The notes below the pieces were generated by a model. It was not told the DNA's origin and did not search any database. It saw only the letters and a program-made list of their open reading frames with translations. From positions 79,872-143,871 of the forward strand of contig JBGSPE010000005.1 in the NCBI GenBank assembly GCA_041738755.1: a stretch of 64,000 nucleotides of DNA, read 5' to 3'. Shown here in pieces: positions 49,402 to 60,300 of this stretch. The translations under genes and the position numbers were made by a program. Numbering within the stretch: position 1 is the stretch's first letter; every line of letters begins with the position of its first letter. This DNA is from Minisyncoccia bacterium (GTDB taxonomy: Bacteria > Patescibacteriota > Minisyncoccia > Phycocordibacterales > UBA918).

Positions 49402-51145
49402 TACCTTAGAAACAGGAGTGACGCGCGTAGTCATACCAGTACTTCTAGGGCTCTTGTTTTTCGTAGCTACAACCACTTTGGCAGCAGCCGCTACCTTATC
49501 ACTATCACCGAGTACAGGAGTCTATACCTCTAACAGTACGTTCACCGTAAGGGTAAATGTAAATTCCTCCGGACAATCTATCAATGCTGCCGAAGGAACA
49601 CTCAGTTTTAATCCACGAGAACTTTCTGTAGTTAGTGTCACCCGCTCTGGTTCAATCTTTAACTTATGGGTAGCTGAACCATCATTTTCAAACAGTGCTG
49701 GTACAGTGAGCTTTAGTGGCGGTTCGCCATCAGGCTATACTGGATCAGCAGGAAATATCATGTCGATTACCTTTCGTGCGATTGGCTCAGGCGCTGCTCG
49801 AGTGAACTTTTCTAACGGCTCAGTACTCGCAAATGATGGCCGAGGTTCAAATGTGTTAACTAACATGAGTGGTGGTACCTACACGATTCAGGCTGCTAGC
49901 ACAGCACCACCACAAGAAGTTATCGTTGAATATGTTGCCCCGGCTAATACACCTGGCGCACCATCTATTACCTCAAGTACACACGCTGACCCTGATGCTT
50001 GGCATACCAATAAAACTGCAACGCTCAACTGGTCCGTTCCAGCTGGAGTGACGGGAGTGCGGACACTCCTAAATAGTAGTCCAAGCTCAGTCCCTTCAAG
50101 AGTGTACGAAACACCAATTAGCAGCATTACGCTTGAGGACCTCGATGAAGGAGTTTCGTATTTCCATTTACAGTTTCGTAACGAGGATGGTTGGGGTAGG
50201 GTGAGTAGTTACCGGTTAGCAGTCGATAGTAGTAAACCATCAGCAATAGAAATTGTTCAGCCTGAAGATGCTGACAACACGAATCCAGAGCAAAAACTAC
50301 AAGTTACCGTTACCGATGATGGATCTGAGGTAAAGCGATTCATGGTACGAGTTGATAATGACGAACCGTATGAAGTAATCCGTGAAGCTGTCACCGACCT
50401 CCTTTCCCTCGGCACATTGTCACCTGGATACCATACCATTATCATTGAGGCGTTCGACGAGGCAGGTAATAGCATAATCGGAACCTACTCGCTCACTATT
50501 GAATCGTTTGAAAAACCAACCTTTACCGAGTATCCGAGTGAGATTAATGAAGAAGTAATTCCAGTCATTAAAGGTATGACGCGTCCAAACGCTACGGTTA
50601 TGGTCACGGTTACAAAACTCGGAAGTGAACCAGCTTCCTACGAAATACAGAGTTCCGACAGTGGAGAGTTCGTCTTCATTCCAGAAGGTCGATTCTCAAC
50701 CGGGGTATACGAATTTACCGCCTACGCAATTGACCAGTATGGAGCCCAGAGTGAGGTTTCAGAACCGGTCCGAGTAGCTGTCCAACAACCAGGCTTTGTG
50801 CGCGTAGGCTCATTTATCGTTAGCATTCTTTCGGTTATAATTCCTTTAGTTGCACTTTCAGCACTCCTCATCATTGGTTCAGGGTACCTCTTGGCATATC
50901 TTCGTCGCTTTAGAGGTAAGGTCCGGACCGAATCAATCGAAGCACTTGATATATTGCATCGAGAATTTACAGCCCTACAAGCTGAACTACGACATCAGGA
51001 ATCCTTGCTTACTGAGTCACGAAAAACAAAAAAACTTACCAAGGCTGAATCTGAAATGATTCAAGTCATTGATACTGCACTCCAGACATCACAACGAAAG
51101 GTGGAAAAAGAGATTACCGACGTCACTAACTTAACTAAAAATTAA
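49367..51145 (+). CDS. Membrane-anchored cohesin-domain protein, paralog of the product of 13357. The start may be the ATG at 49388.
   Basis: The cohesin-like domain spans about 49490-49865 (ATLSLSPSTGVYTSNSTFTVRVNVNSSGQSINAAEGTLSFNPRELSVVSV...). An Ig-like domain, a TM and a coiled-coil tail ending VEKEITDVTNLTKN follow. The annotated start overlaps the upstream stop at 49401 in another frame. Confidence 0.65.
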   Translation: MTLMKYIMKITNTLETGVTRVVIPVLLGLLFFVATTTLAAAATLSLSPSTGVYTSNSTFTVRVNVNSSGQSINAAEGTLSFNPRELSVVSVTRSGSIFNLWVAEPSFSNSAGTVSFSGGSPSGYTGSAGNIMSITFRAIGSGAARVNFSNGSVLANDGRGSNVLTNMSGGTYTIQAASTAPPQEVIVEYVAPANTPGAPSITSSTHADPDAWHTNKTATLNWSVPAGVTGVRTLLNSSPSSVPSRVYETPISSITLEDLDEGVSYFHLQFRNEDGWGRVSSYRLAVDSSKPSAIEIVQPEDADNTNPEQKLQVTVTDDGSEVKRFMVRVDNDEPYEVIREAVTDLLSLGTLSPGYHTIIIEAFDEAGNSIIGTYSLTIESFEKPTFTEYPSEINEEVIPVIKGMTRPNATVMVTVTKLGSEPASYEIQSSDSGEFVFIPEGRFSTGVYEFTAYAIDQYGAQSEVSEPVRVAVQQPGFVRVGSFIVSILSVIIPLVALSALLIIGSGYLLAYLRRFRGKVRTESIEALDILHREFTALQAELRHQESLLTESRKTKKLTKAESEMIQVIDTALQTSQRKVEKEITDVTNLTKN

Positions 51146-51160
51146 TCCCGCAAGACGCAT

Positions 51161-51847
51161 ATGAAAGCCCTACTGAACCAAAATAAAAATACTATTAAAG
51201 GAATTATTGTCATTCTCTTACTCGTTGCTGCTCTCTGGTACATATCGCTGCTTATTGTTAAAGAGCGGACACAAGATCTCATGTCGCTCATTAAAGTCCA
51301 GGTGGCGGAGCAAGGGGCACTCCTTACCAGTATCGCTGAAACAACGGCGCGAAATGGTGCCGACCAGGTGACTGAATCAGTTGTTCGAGACTGTACAGTA
51401 GAAGAACGGACCACCTTCGATACGTTACTTGGACAGCTTGACGCTGGGTTGCCACGAGCTGATTTGGTTGAGCTTGAACGGTTATTTGGCCGGTGTGGAA
51501 GTTTTTATGCTGAACGAAAGCTCGTGATGTCGTCACGATTAGACCGTGAAATTGAAGTCTATGAAAATTATGTAAATCAACTTGCGGAACTCACCAACAA
51601 TCGAGAACTTGAAGAATATAATCTTGATACCTGGAAACAGCTAGCTGAACAAGAAAAAATGCTTAGTACTGATTTCTCTAAATTAGTAGATTTACAAGAC
51701 AATATTATTTCTACCTTACTCGAAGGGAAAACGCGTGACTCAGAGGAAATTCAATCCATTCTCCGTGAAGTAAAAGACACAAACGACAACCTTATTATTA
51801 CGAATGCTCAAACAGCAACGATTAGAAGTGAGTTGATCACTCTGTAA
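51161..51847 (+). CDS. N-terminally anchored coiled-coil membrane protein of unknown function
   Basis: TM IIVILLLVAALWYISLLIV, followed by a helical region. Confidence 0.4.
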   Translation: MKALLNQNKNTIKGIIVILLLVAALWYISLLIVKERTQDLMSLIKVQVAEQGALLTSIAETTARNGADQVTESVVRDCTVEERTTFDTLLGQLDAGLPRADLVELERLFGRCGSFYAERKLVMSSRLDREIEVYENYVNQLAELTNNRELEEYNLDTWKQLAEQEKMLSTDFSKLVDLQDNIISTLLEGKTRDSEEIQSILREVKDTNDNLIITNAQTATIRSELITL

Positions 51848-51857
51848 CTCACGACAC

Positions 51858-52610
51858 ATGTCATACATACGTAACTGGTATCACGTTTTGGTTTCAAAAT
51901 TTCGAAACCGCCGTCGTGGTACGGTGCGAACGATGTTTTCTTTGTTAAGTATTTTTACGCTCCTTGGTGCTGCGGTATTAACGGGAACAGAAGCTTCATA
52001 CGTACGACTGGTCGCTAACACTTCAACCGTAGAGGCAGGACAGCGATTTTCTATAGATATATTTGCGAGTGCACATGTACCAGTAAATGCAGTAGATATA
52101 ACACTGCGCTTTGACAAAAATACTGTCGAGGTACTCGAAGTTGATCGTGGACAATCTGTACTCACTATTTGGACAGAAGACCCAATAATCACTGGTGATA
52201 CCGTAATTTTACGAGGAGGTACTTTCAGGCGGGGGTTTATTGGAGAACATAAGATAGCCACTATCGATCTTATGGCAAAACAAACTGGTCAAAGCGAATT
52301 TCGTACTGAAGACGTAGTGTTATTAGCTGGTGATGGGAGAGGTACACCAGTTAAGCTTACAGAATCTGATACTGACAGAGTAAGTTTGTTTATATACGAC
52401 GAAAATACGGTACCGGAAAACATTGGGGTTGACGTGAAAGTCATTGTGCTGACAGATGTGGACGGGGATGGTACGGTGACAATCAAGGACATCAGTACGT
52501 TTATGTCATCCTGGGCACGACAAGACACGGTCTATGACTTCAATAGCGATGGTAAAATGACCTTCAAAGACTTCTCAATCCTCCTGGCTGACTTTGTGTT
52601 TAAAACGTAA
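51858..52610 (+). CDS. Small adaptor-like protein with an N-terminal cohesin-like domain and a C-terminal dockerin
   Basis: Cohesin-like domain at about 51993-52353 (SYVRLVANTSTVEAGQRFSIDIFASAHVPVNAVDITLRFDKNTVEVLEVDRG...). Dockerin at about 52446-52607 (DVDGDGTVTIKDISTFMSSW ... DFNSDGKMTFKDFSILLADF). Confidence 0.6.
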   Translation: MSYIRNWYHVLVSKFRNRRRGTVRTMFSLLSIFTLLGAAVLTGTEASYVRLVANTSTVEAGQRFSIDIFASAHVPVNAVDITLRFDKNTVEVLEVDRGQSVLTIWTEDPIITGDTVILRGGTFRRGFIGEHKIATIDLMAKQTGQSEFRTEDVVLLAGDGRGTPVKLTESDTDRVSLFIYDENTVPENIGVDVKVIVLTDVDGDGTVTIKDISTFMSSWARQDTVYDFNSDGKMTFKDFSILLADFVFKT

Positions 52611-52706
52611 TTCTGTTGATAACACTGGTGATAAATGCTTGATAAAGTTGTTATTATTGTTATGTGATGGGAATAATCTGGCAACAGACTTATTAGTCGA
52701 GCCAAA

Positions 52707-54296
52707 ATGTCACGAACGAGCTTAAAAAACAAAGACAAAACAACAAAAGCAACAGCAAGCGTTTCTCGTGTGAGCAAACGCCCAGTTGTGGTATTTGATA
52801 GTGCAGAGACAAAGACAGTTAAAGATACTGTGCTGCTATACAAAATTGTGTTTAAAACAAGACAAGCGAGTCTTCTTGCGTTGTTTTTCTGCGTATGTTT
52901 TTTGAGTCAACCATTCCAAAACCTCTATGCCAACGAGCTACCTGAAGCGGTGGTAGAAGTACAACCAGAACCGATTGTAATTGTAGAAGAAGTTGAACCA
53001 ATTGTATTGGAGTCGGCTGCTGAAGTAATAGAAGCTGAATCAGCATTACCAGCAGAAGAAGTTTTAGTCAGTGGTGACGAAGCTAGTCCAGCTGAAGTTT
53101 TGCCGTTAGAAACAGTTGCCACCTCTACCCCAGCAGACACTATAGAAAATACAGAAACCACGACAAGCACCTCGGAGCCAATTGAAGCACCAGATGGCTC
53201 AACCGTCCCTGCTGTAGCAGAGACGTCTGAATCAGACTCAGATTCTGGATCACCTGATTATAGTACCGCTAGTACATCCGAGTCTGATTCAGGTGAACAG
53301 TTTGTTCAAAATCTACACATTATCGCTACTGTTGATAGTGATACGTCATATTCGTTTTCAAAAGAAGAGTGTACCCGAATAGAAGATGGCTCATTTTACT
53401 GTCAAGAACAAGAACAGAGAGAATTACAAAATGATACCCTTATCGCCGCACCCGATGCTGATGGAGATTTGGAAATTTACCTTGTGCGTGACGGTGAGCA
53501 AATACAGATTAGTCGTAACAGTGTAGACGACGCCTCGCCATATTTTGATGAAAAATCCAAAACGATTGTGTGGCATCGTTTGATTAGCGACCGCTACCAA
53601 ATAATTTCCTACGACCCCGACTCTGGCGAAGAACTCCAATTGACCCACGGTGATATAAACAACATGGAGCCAACGAGGCAAGGTGAGTATATTACCTGGC
53701 AACGCTGGGTAGATGATAACTGGGAAGTTATTCTCTATGATGGCAATCAAGAGTTACAAATTACTGACACGAGCGAACATGATACCGCTCCACATATTAG
53801 AGGGTCACTAATCATCTGGAATAGTCGCACCGTAACCGGCGAGCAATCATTAAAAACTTATGATATTGAAAATCGCTCCTTCACGACCATAGCTGATAGC
53901 GATGGCGTAGCGGTGAGTAACCCACGCATGGTAGTGATGTATGAAGCACTGTATGAAAACGGAGATGTTATTATGAAAGGATTTGATGTTGTGACAGGTG
54001 AGATTATTCCACTGAATGCCATACCGCGCGAAATGCCTGAAGATATCCCAAATACCGATACAACTGGCGAAACAAGAGCGCTCATTCAAAGCAAGCCGTC
54101 GGTGAGAGATACGGTAGTACAAAATACCAGTGGTGGTCCGACTCCGACCTCTACTCCGCCGGTGCTTGAACCTGAGTTAGAGGCAGGGACGCTTGATTTG
54201 CGGCCAGCCTCGTCCTCCACTGAGCAAATCAAGGTAGAAAACCCAGTTGAAGATATTCCTGTTTTGGTTATTCCACCACTTGAAACTGACGTCTAA
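52707..54296 (+). CDS. Secreted acidic protein with PD40/TolB-like beta-propeller repeats
   Basis: Signal anchor present. An acidic Glu/Ser/Thr-rich N-terminal half is followed by repeats such as LEIYLVRDGEQIQISRNSVDDASPYFDE, QIISYDPDSGEELQLTHG and EVILYDGNQELQITDT. Confidence 0.45.
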   Translation: MSRTSLKNKDKTTKATASVSRVSKRPVVVFDSAETKTVKDTVLLYKIVFKTRQASLLALFFCVCFLSQPFQNLYANELPEAVVEVQPEPIVIVEEVEPIVLESAAEVIEAESALPAEEVLVSGDEASPAEVLPLETVATSTPADTIENTETTTSTSEPIEAPDGSTVPAVAETSESDSDSGSPDYSTASTSESDSGEQFVQNLHIIATVDSDTSYSFSKEECTRIEDGSFYCQEQEQRELQNDTLIAAPDADGDLEIYLVRDGEQIQISRNSVDDASPYFDEKSKTIVWHRLISDRYQIISYDPDSGEELQLTHGDINNMEPTRQGEYITWQRWVDDNWEVILYDGNQELQITDTSEHDTAPHIRGSLIIWNSRTVTGEQSLKTYDIENRSFTTIADSDGVAVSNPRMVVMYEALYENGDVIMKGFDVVTGEIIPLNAIPREMPEDIPNTDTTGETRALIQSKPSVRDTVVQNTSGGPTPTSTPPVLEPELEAGTLDLRPASSSTEQIKVENPVEDIPVLVIPPLETDV

Positions 54297-54359
54297 GAAA
54301 GAGTACACAGGTACATAAAAAAACCTTGAAAAAATAAGCTAAAATGAACGGACGGAGTT

Positions 54360-57300
54360 ATGAAACGACTGCGCTTATTAAAACGTACAAATAAGACTAT
54401 TAGTGCAGCTTTGTTGCTCACGCTTGTGCTTGATGTGGTTGGTATTACACTCATCAATGTTATTTTGTTGTACCCGAGTCAGGCTAATGCGGCGCAGGTA
54501 GTAATTGATGCTTCAGCTAGTACGGTTGGCGATAGTGCACTTACCCTCGGTGCTAACGACGTATTTATAAGTGATCAAGTTGGCTATACGTTTTATCGAG
54601 ACAGTACGGGGCAATGTGTGTATAGCAAAACCACCAACGGTGGAAATAGCTGGTCCACAGCAATACTGGTTGATGCGCAGACTGATTGTATCAAGTTGAA
54701 TGTTTGGTACGATCGCTGGACACCGGGAGATACAAGCGGAACAAATATCCATATTGCTACACTTGATACAAGTGACGATGATATTTTCTATAATCGACTT
54801 GATACAAATACTGATACGTTATTACTCGGGTCGACTCCTGTTAATACGGGAATAAATACTGCGCAAGTACCAGTTATCTCCTCAGCAGCAAACTCACACA
54901 CAATCACAAAAGCTACTTCTGGTGAAGTTTTCGTGGCATTAAATGACGCGTCAGACTCTTATGCCGTCTTTTGTGCCAGTAACTGTAACCTTACGACTAG
55001 TTGGGGAGAGGCTGTACCTCGACCATTCGATTTGGCAGATGATCATAATCTCTTAATGCCTCTGTCGGGCGGACGAGTAATGGCAATCAATCGTGACATT
55101 TCTGCTAATACCATGCGCTCGAGTATTTGGAATGGTGCTAGCTGGTCAGCCTGGGATACGTTCGCAACCGGGGCAGTTGAAAGTGGTACTTTTGATGGTG
55201 GCTTTGCCGCAACACTTGATGTCGAAACAGGTCGAATCTTTTTAGCGTATGCAACCGATCATGATAACTACACAACTGCTGATCATGATATACGGACAGC
55301 GGTGTACGATGGATCAGGCTGGACGCTCACTACAGATGTCTTTACTGATGCAGCAGGTCGGGGGTTACACGACGTGGGTATAGCGTATGACCAAAATACT
55401 GGTGAAGTCTACATTACGTATTCTGTCCGTACTGCTATTGCTACCGCAACGAGTGCAAATATTTACTACCGGGTGTCTAGTAACGGAATGAGCTCATGGG
55501 GAAGTGAGCAGGGTCCTCTCAATACCACGCCTGGAAATATCTACACCCCAAGCATGAATCTGAACAATTACGAACGAATCTATGTATCTTGGTGGGAGCC
55601 AGCCACAGACGATCGATTTGGAAATACGGTGGCAGATATTTCACCTGATACACAGGTAAAAAGTATCGGGAACATGACTTCAGAAGTTCGAAACAACGCT
55701 AATAATTTTTATGTCGGTGGAGCGTTTACAATCGAAAGTATTTCTAACCGGTCTGTCTCTGAAATTACTATCAGTGAAACAGGTACGGTTGATGCACAAA
55801 ACGATATCAATAATGTAAAGCTTTTCTACGAACTAGATACCTCATCACCGTACAATTGTCAGAGTGAATCGTACAATGGAAGCGAATCTCAATTTGGTGG
55901 TACTGACACCAATGGATTTTCTGGGCCAAATGGACAGTCAGGTTTTAGTGGTACATTAGTCAATATTAGCCCAACTGCCACCGTGTGTGTATATGTGGTG
56001 CTTGATATTGTTTCGTCTGCGAATGATGCGGAAACGATAGGTATTGAAATTACAAACCCCAAAACAGACATTGTTTCAACTGCGGCAAACCTTTTCCCAG
56101 GTTATCCCGTAGTACTCGCTGGCAATACCACTATCCGCAGCTCAGACTTAACGCTTGATCACTATCACTGGCGACTAGATAACGGTACGGAACTTGACGC
56201 TGACTCAGCTACTGGTGGAGTAGAAGATACAACACTCATATCACTACCAAAAGAGTCACCGCGGCGGCTTCGGTTAGGAGTTTCAAACCAAGGTTCAACC
56301 AGTACATTACCAACACAATTTCGTTTGGAGTATGGTATATCTGCGCCAACGTGTGAGGCAGTTACAACTTGGACTGACGTGGGCGCAGCGAACGATGCAA
56401 TTAACATGTTGGACTCAACGTTTTTGACTGATGGTAATAACACAACTGATATTGCTGTCGTGGACGGAGGAGTGAGCAATGGTAACGTCACATTCTTAAC
56501 CCCTAATGGCGGAATTAGAGATGTGAATTCTACGACTGGTTCAGTCACACTAGCAACTACTAACTTTATTGAGCTCGAATATGCAATTGTGGCCTCGGCG
56601 AGTGCAGGTGAAGGCGATACATACTGTTTTCGAGTTACTGATGCTGGTTCTCCGCTCAGTACGTATACCGTATACCCAACCGCTACCATTGAATCTGATG
56701 TGAGAGTATCAGCTACTGGATTACAAGTAGCAACGATAGATGTTCCAACAGTAGACAATTACTTCGGTGGCGTATTTGCAGTGCGCGAAAATACCAGCTC
56801 GCGGTCAGTGAATAGTGTTACGGTAACCGAGATTGGTACGGTGGACGCCGAAATTGGTCTCGATAATATAAAACTCTTTTACAAATTTGATACCAGCTCA
56901 CCGTATAACTGTGCCAGTGAGTCATATACCGGTTCTGAATCACAATATGGTGCAACGGATGGTAATGGATTTTCTGGACCTAATGGAACATCCACATTTT
57001 CGCAATCAGTTACCATTACAACCACCCAAGCACTTTGTCTGTTTGTAGTGGCTGATGTAACTGAGCAAGCCGTCAATGGACAGACGGTGGAATTTTCTAT
57101 CAACTCAGCGTCATCTGAAGTGCTTGTATCTGGTGGAGGTTCGGTAGCACCATCGCAGCCAGTGACACTACTAAGCTCAACAACCTTGCGTGGTGGAGTT
57201 TTAACCCAGACTCACTATCATTGGCGAAACAATGATGGTGGCGAAACAGACGCAACCTCAGCCACGGGTGGTGTTGAAGATGTGCCAGTGGTTGATTTTA

Positions 57301-60300
57301 CTCAAGCGAGTCCAATTCGCTTACGACTCGGTGTTTCAAATGAAGGTGCAACTACGTCTGTGCAAACACGATTTAGACTTGAATTCGCACCTCGTATCAC
57401 CACCTGTGAAAATGTTTTTGTGTGGACTGATATTGATGCAACCCCCGATGATGACTGGGATATGAGTGACTCAATTACGCTTGTAAATGGAGAAGACACC
57501 ACGGATATACCAATTGGAGATGGTGGTGTGAGTAATGAAAATACTTCATTTTTATCACCAAACGGGGGTGTGCGGGACACTGAATCACTCACTGGAAGCA
57601 GTACAGTACTTGAAACACAGTACGTTGATATTGAATATAGTCTTACGTCTACACTGAGCACGGCTTTCAATACTACCTATTGTTTTAGAGTAACCAGTAA
57701 CGGCACACCGCTACCGGTATATACCAGATACGCAGAGCTAACGACGACTCCAAAACGTGATTTTAAAATTCAGCAAGGTAACACTATTCTGACGGGACTC
57801 AGTACCACCATTACTGCTGGAGTTGATTACACTGCGCCGAGCGCAAGTAGTACGGCATTTATCAGAATCACAAACAGTCAACACACTGGAGCAGGAGGAA
57901 CGGCAGGGGGTGGGGCTCAAAACGCTGATGATACAACTGCGTACATTTTGAACCCACAAAATATAATGACAAACATCACTTTTAACCGGGTCGCAAACGT
58001 ACGACAAACATTTATTGACTGGGAAATTATCGAGTTTGTTGGTCAACCTGAAACAGATAACGAAATGATTGTTCGAGATGCAAATACTATTGCTTTAAGT
58101 GGGGCACAGCTCACCAATACTGGTCCAGTAGTTTCAGGTATAGCTGACGATGCCGATGTGGTGGTATTTGTGACCGGGGTCCGAAACTCAAATACCTCAA
58201 GAAACTACTATGCCGGACAAGTCACAGCTGAGTGGGATAGTGTCAATAATCAACCCATCTTTACCCGGGGCGCTACGGGCGCTGCTCCAATCGTGGTGAG
58301 TTATGCAGTCGTTGAGTTTGTTGGCGGTAATTGGAAGGTGCAACGGGCCGAGCACACGTATTCGGTAGCTGGTGTAGCCTCAACGACACCAATCACACCA
58401 GTCAACTCATTGGAACGGACATTTTTACATACCCAAAAACGCATGGGCGCTACTACCAACGTAGCCAGTTTTGGGCATACGGTATGGCTTTCAAGTATCG
58501 GCGATGTCTCGTTTCAGCTATATCCTGGAGCCACCCTGGGGCAGACATCCGTTGCTTGGGTGATAGAGAATATTCAAACTGGTCTTGGAGCTGCCAAAGT
58601 TCAGCGGCAAAATGGCTCAACTATTAACGGTGCAGAACCATTAACCTTACAAATAACATTGGTCGAAGAAGTTGATGCCGTAAATAACACATCGCTATTT
58701 GTCACCACCAGTGCAAACGGAGTGGGGACTGATACGAATCACCCGAGAGCAGTTTCTGGTGCGCGATTGACGGCCCCTGATGCGTACCAGCTATGGCGAA
58801 GTGATACCGGTTCACAGCTTCTGTATCGAACTGAAGTGGTTGAGTGGCCGGTAGCCGATATTGCACTGCGACAAAACTACTATCGATTTTATGTAGATAA
58901 TAATGAAGTTACTCCAAATGATCCGTGGCCACAAGGACCATCTGATTTGGGTGAGAATACCAGTGTCACGGTTAGCGATGAGCCACTTGGCGATCAGGAA
59001 ATCATTCGCTTGCGAACCAGTGTTCGAGTATCAAATGCTAATCTCTCACCAGGTATTCAAGTCTTTCGATTACAATATGCTGAGCGAACCAGTACCTGTA
59101 CGGCTGTTTCTGAGTGGTTTGAGCTTGGTGATAATGCGAGTACGACGGCGTGGCGCGGGTACGCAGCAACGGGTACAACTGATGGTACGGTGTTGTCTCT
59201 AAACCCTCCAACACCGGGTGACTTATTACTATCGATTTCTGATGTGGCCGGTCGACTAGAACATACGAATCCCTCAATTGCTAATCCCTATCCAGTCTAT
59301 GACGGTGAGGATGTAGAATATGATTGGTATATTCAACATAACGGAGCAGCTCCTAGTACAGTTTACTGTTTTAGGATGGTGCGTTTTGATAATGAGCCGC
59401 TCGAAGGCTATTTTAATTATCCACAAATTAGAACAGCTGGATTTTCTCCAGCTACCCTGGATTGGCGCTGGTATGATGATGCTGAGAACGAAACTCCCCT
59501 CAGTCCACTTGGACTAACAAATGCTGCGCCAACTAATATTGGAAGTAACGACCCGCTCAGTCTGCGGGTGACGGTTCGTGAACGAAAGGGTGTAACCGGA
59601 ACTGATATCAAGTTTAAACTACAATTTTCTGACGACCCATCATTTAATAATCCAGTAGACGTTGTCGCCTCCTCATCTTGTCTGGTGAATAGTCTGTGGT
59701 GTTACGCTGATGGTGGCGGGGTTGATAATGCAATCATTCAAAATGCTCTCCTGGCAGATGGAGCAGGGTGTGTTGGTGGTGTTGGCAGTGGTTGTGGGAC
59801 ACATAACGAATCTGGCGACTATGTAACAGGTCACTTACATGCCTCGGGGTTAGCCCAAGAGTATTCTTTCACCGTCGTTGGTGCAGCGCCCCGAGTGAAT
59901 GCCGTGTATTACTTTAGATTATATGATTTAAGTAATAATCAACCCGTTCCCTTTGGCGTTGGCGAGTTGCAGCCATCACTATTGAGTGAAGGGTCAAATC
60001 TTAATTTTTCGGTAAGTGGACTTCCGTCTGGTACTACAACTGCTGGCGTTGTGACAGATGTTACGACGACTCCGGCCGCTATTAACTTTGGTTCTTTACC
60101 AATGAATACTGATCAGGTTGCAGCTCAACGAATTAGTGTTACCACAAATGCCACAGAAGGGTATCAAGTACTAAAGTACGCCAGACAACAGTTGATGAAT
60201 AGCTATGGGGTAGCCATTTCTCCGGTAAATTCTTCTAATCAGTCGCCAGCGAGCTGGGCAACTGCCTGTACACTTGGAGCAGTTAGTTGCTTTGGGTATC

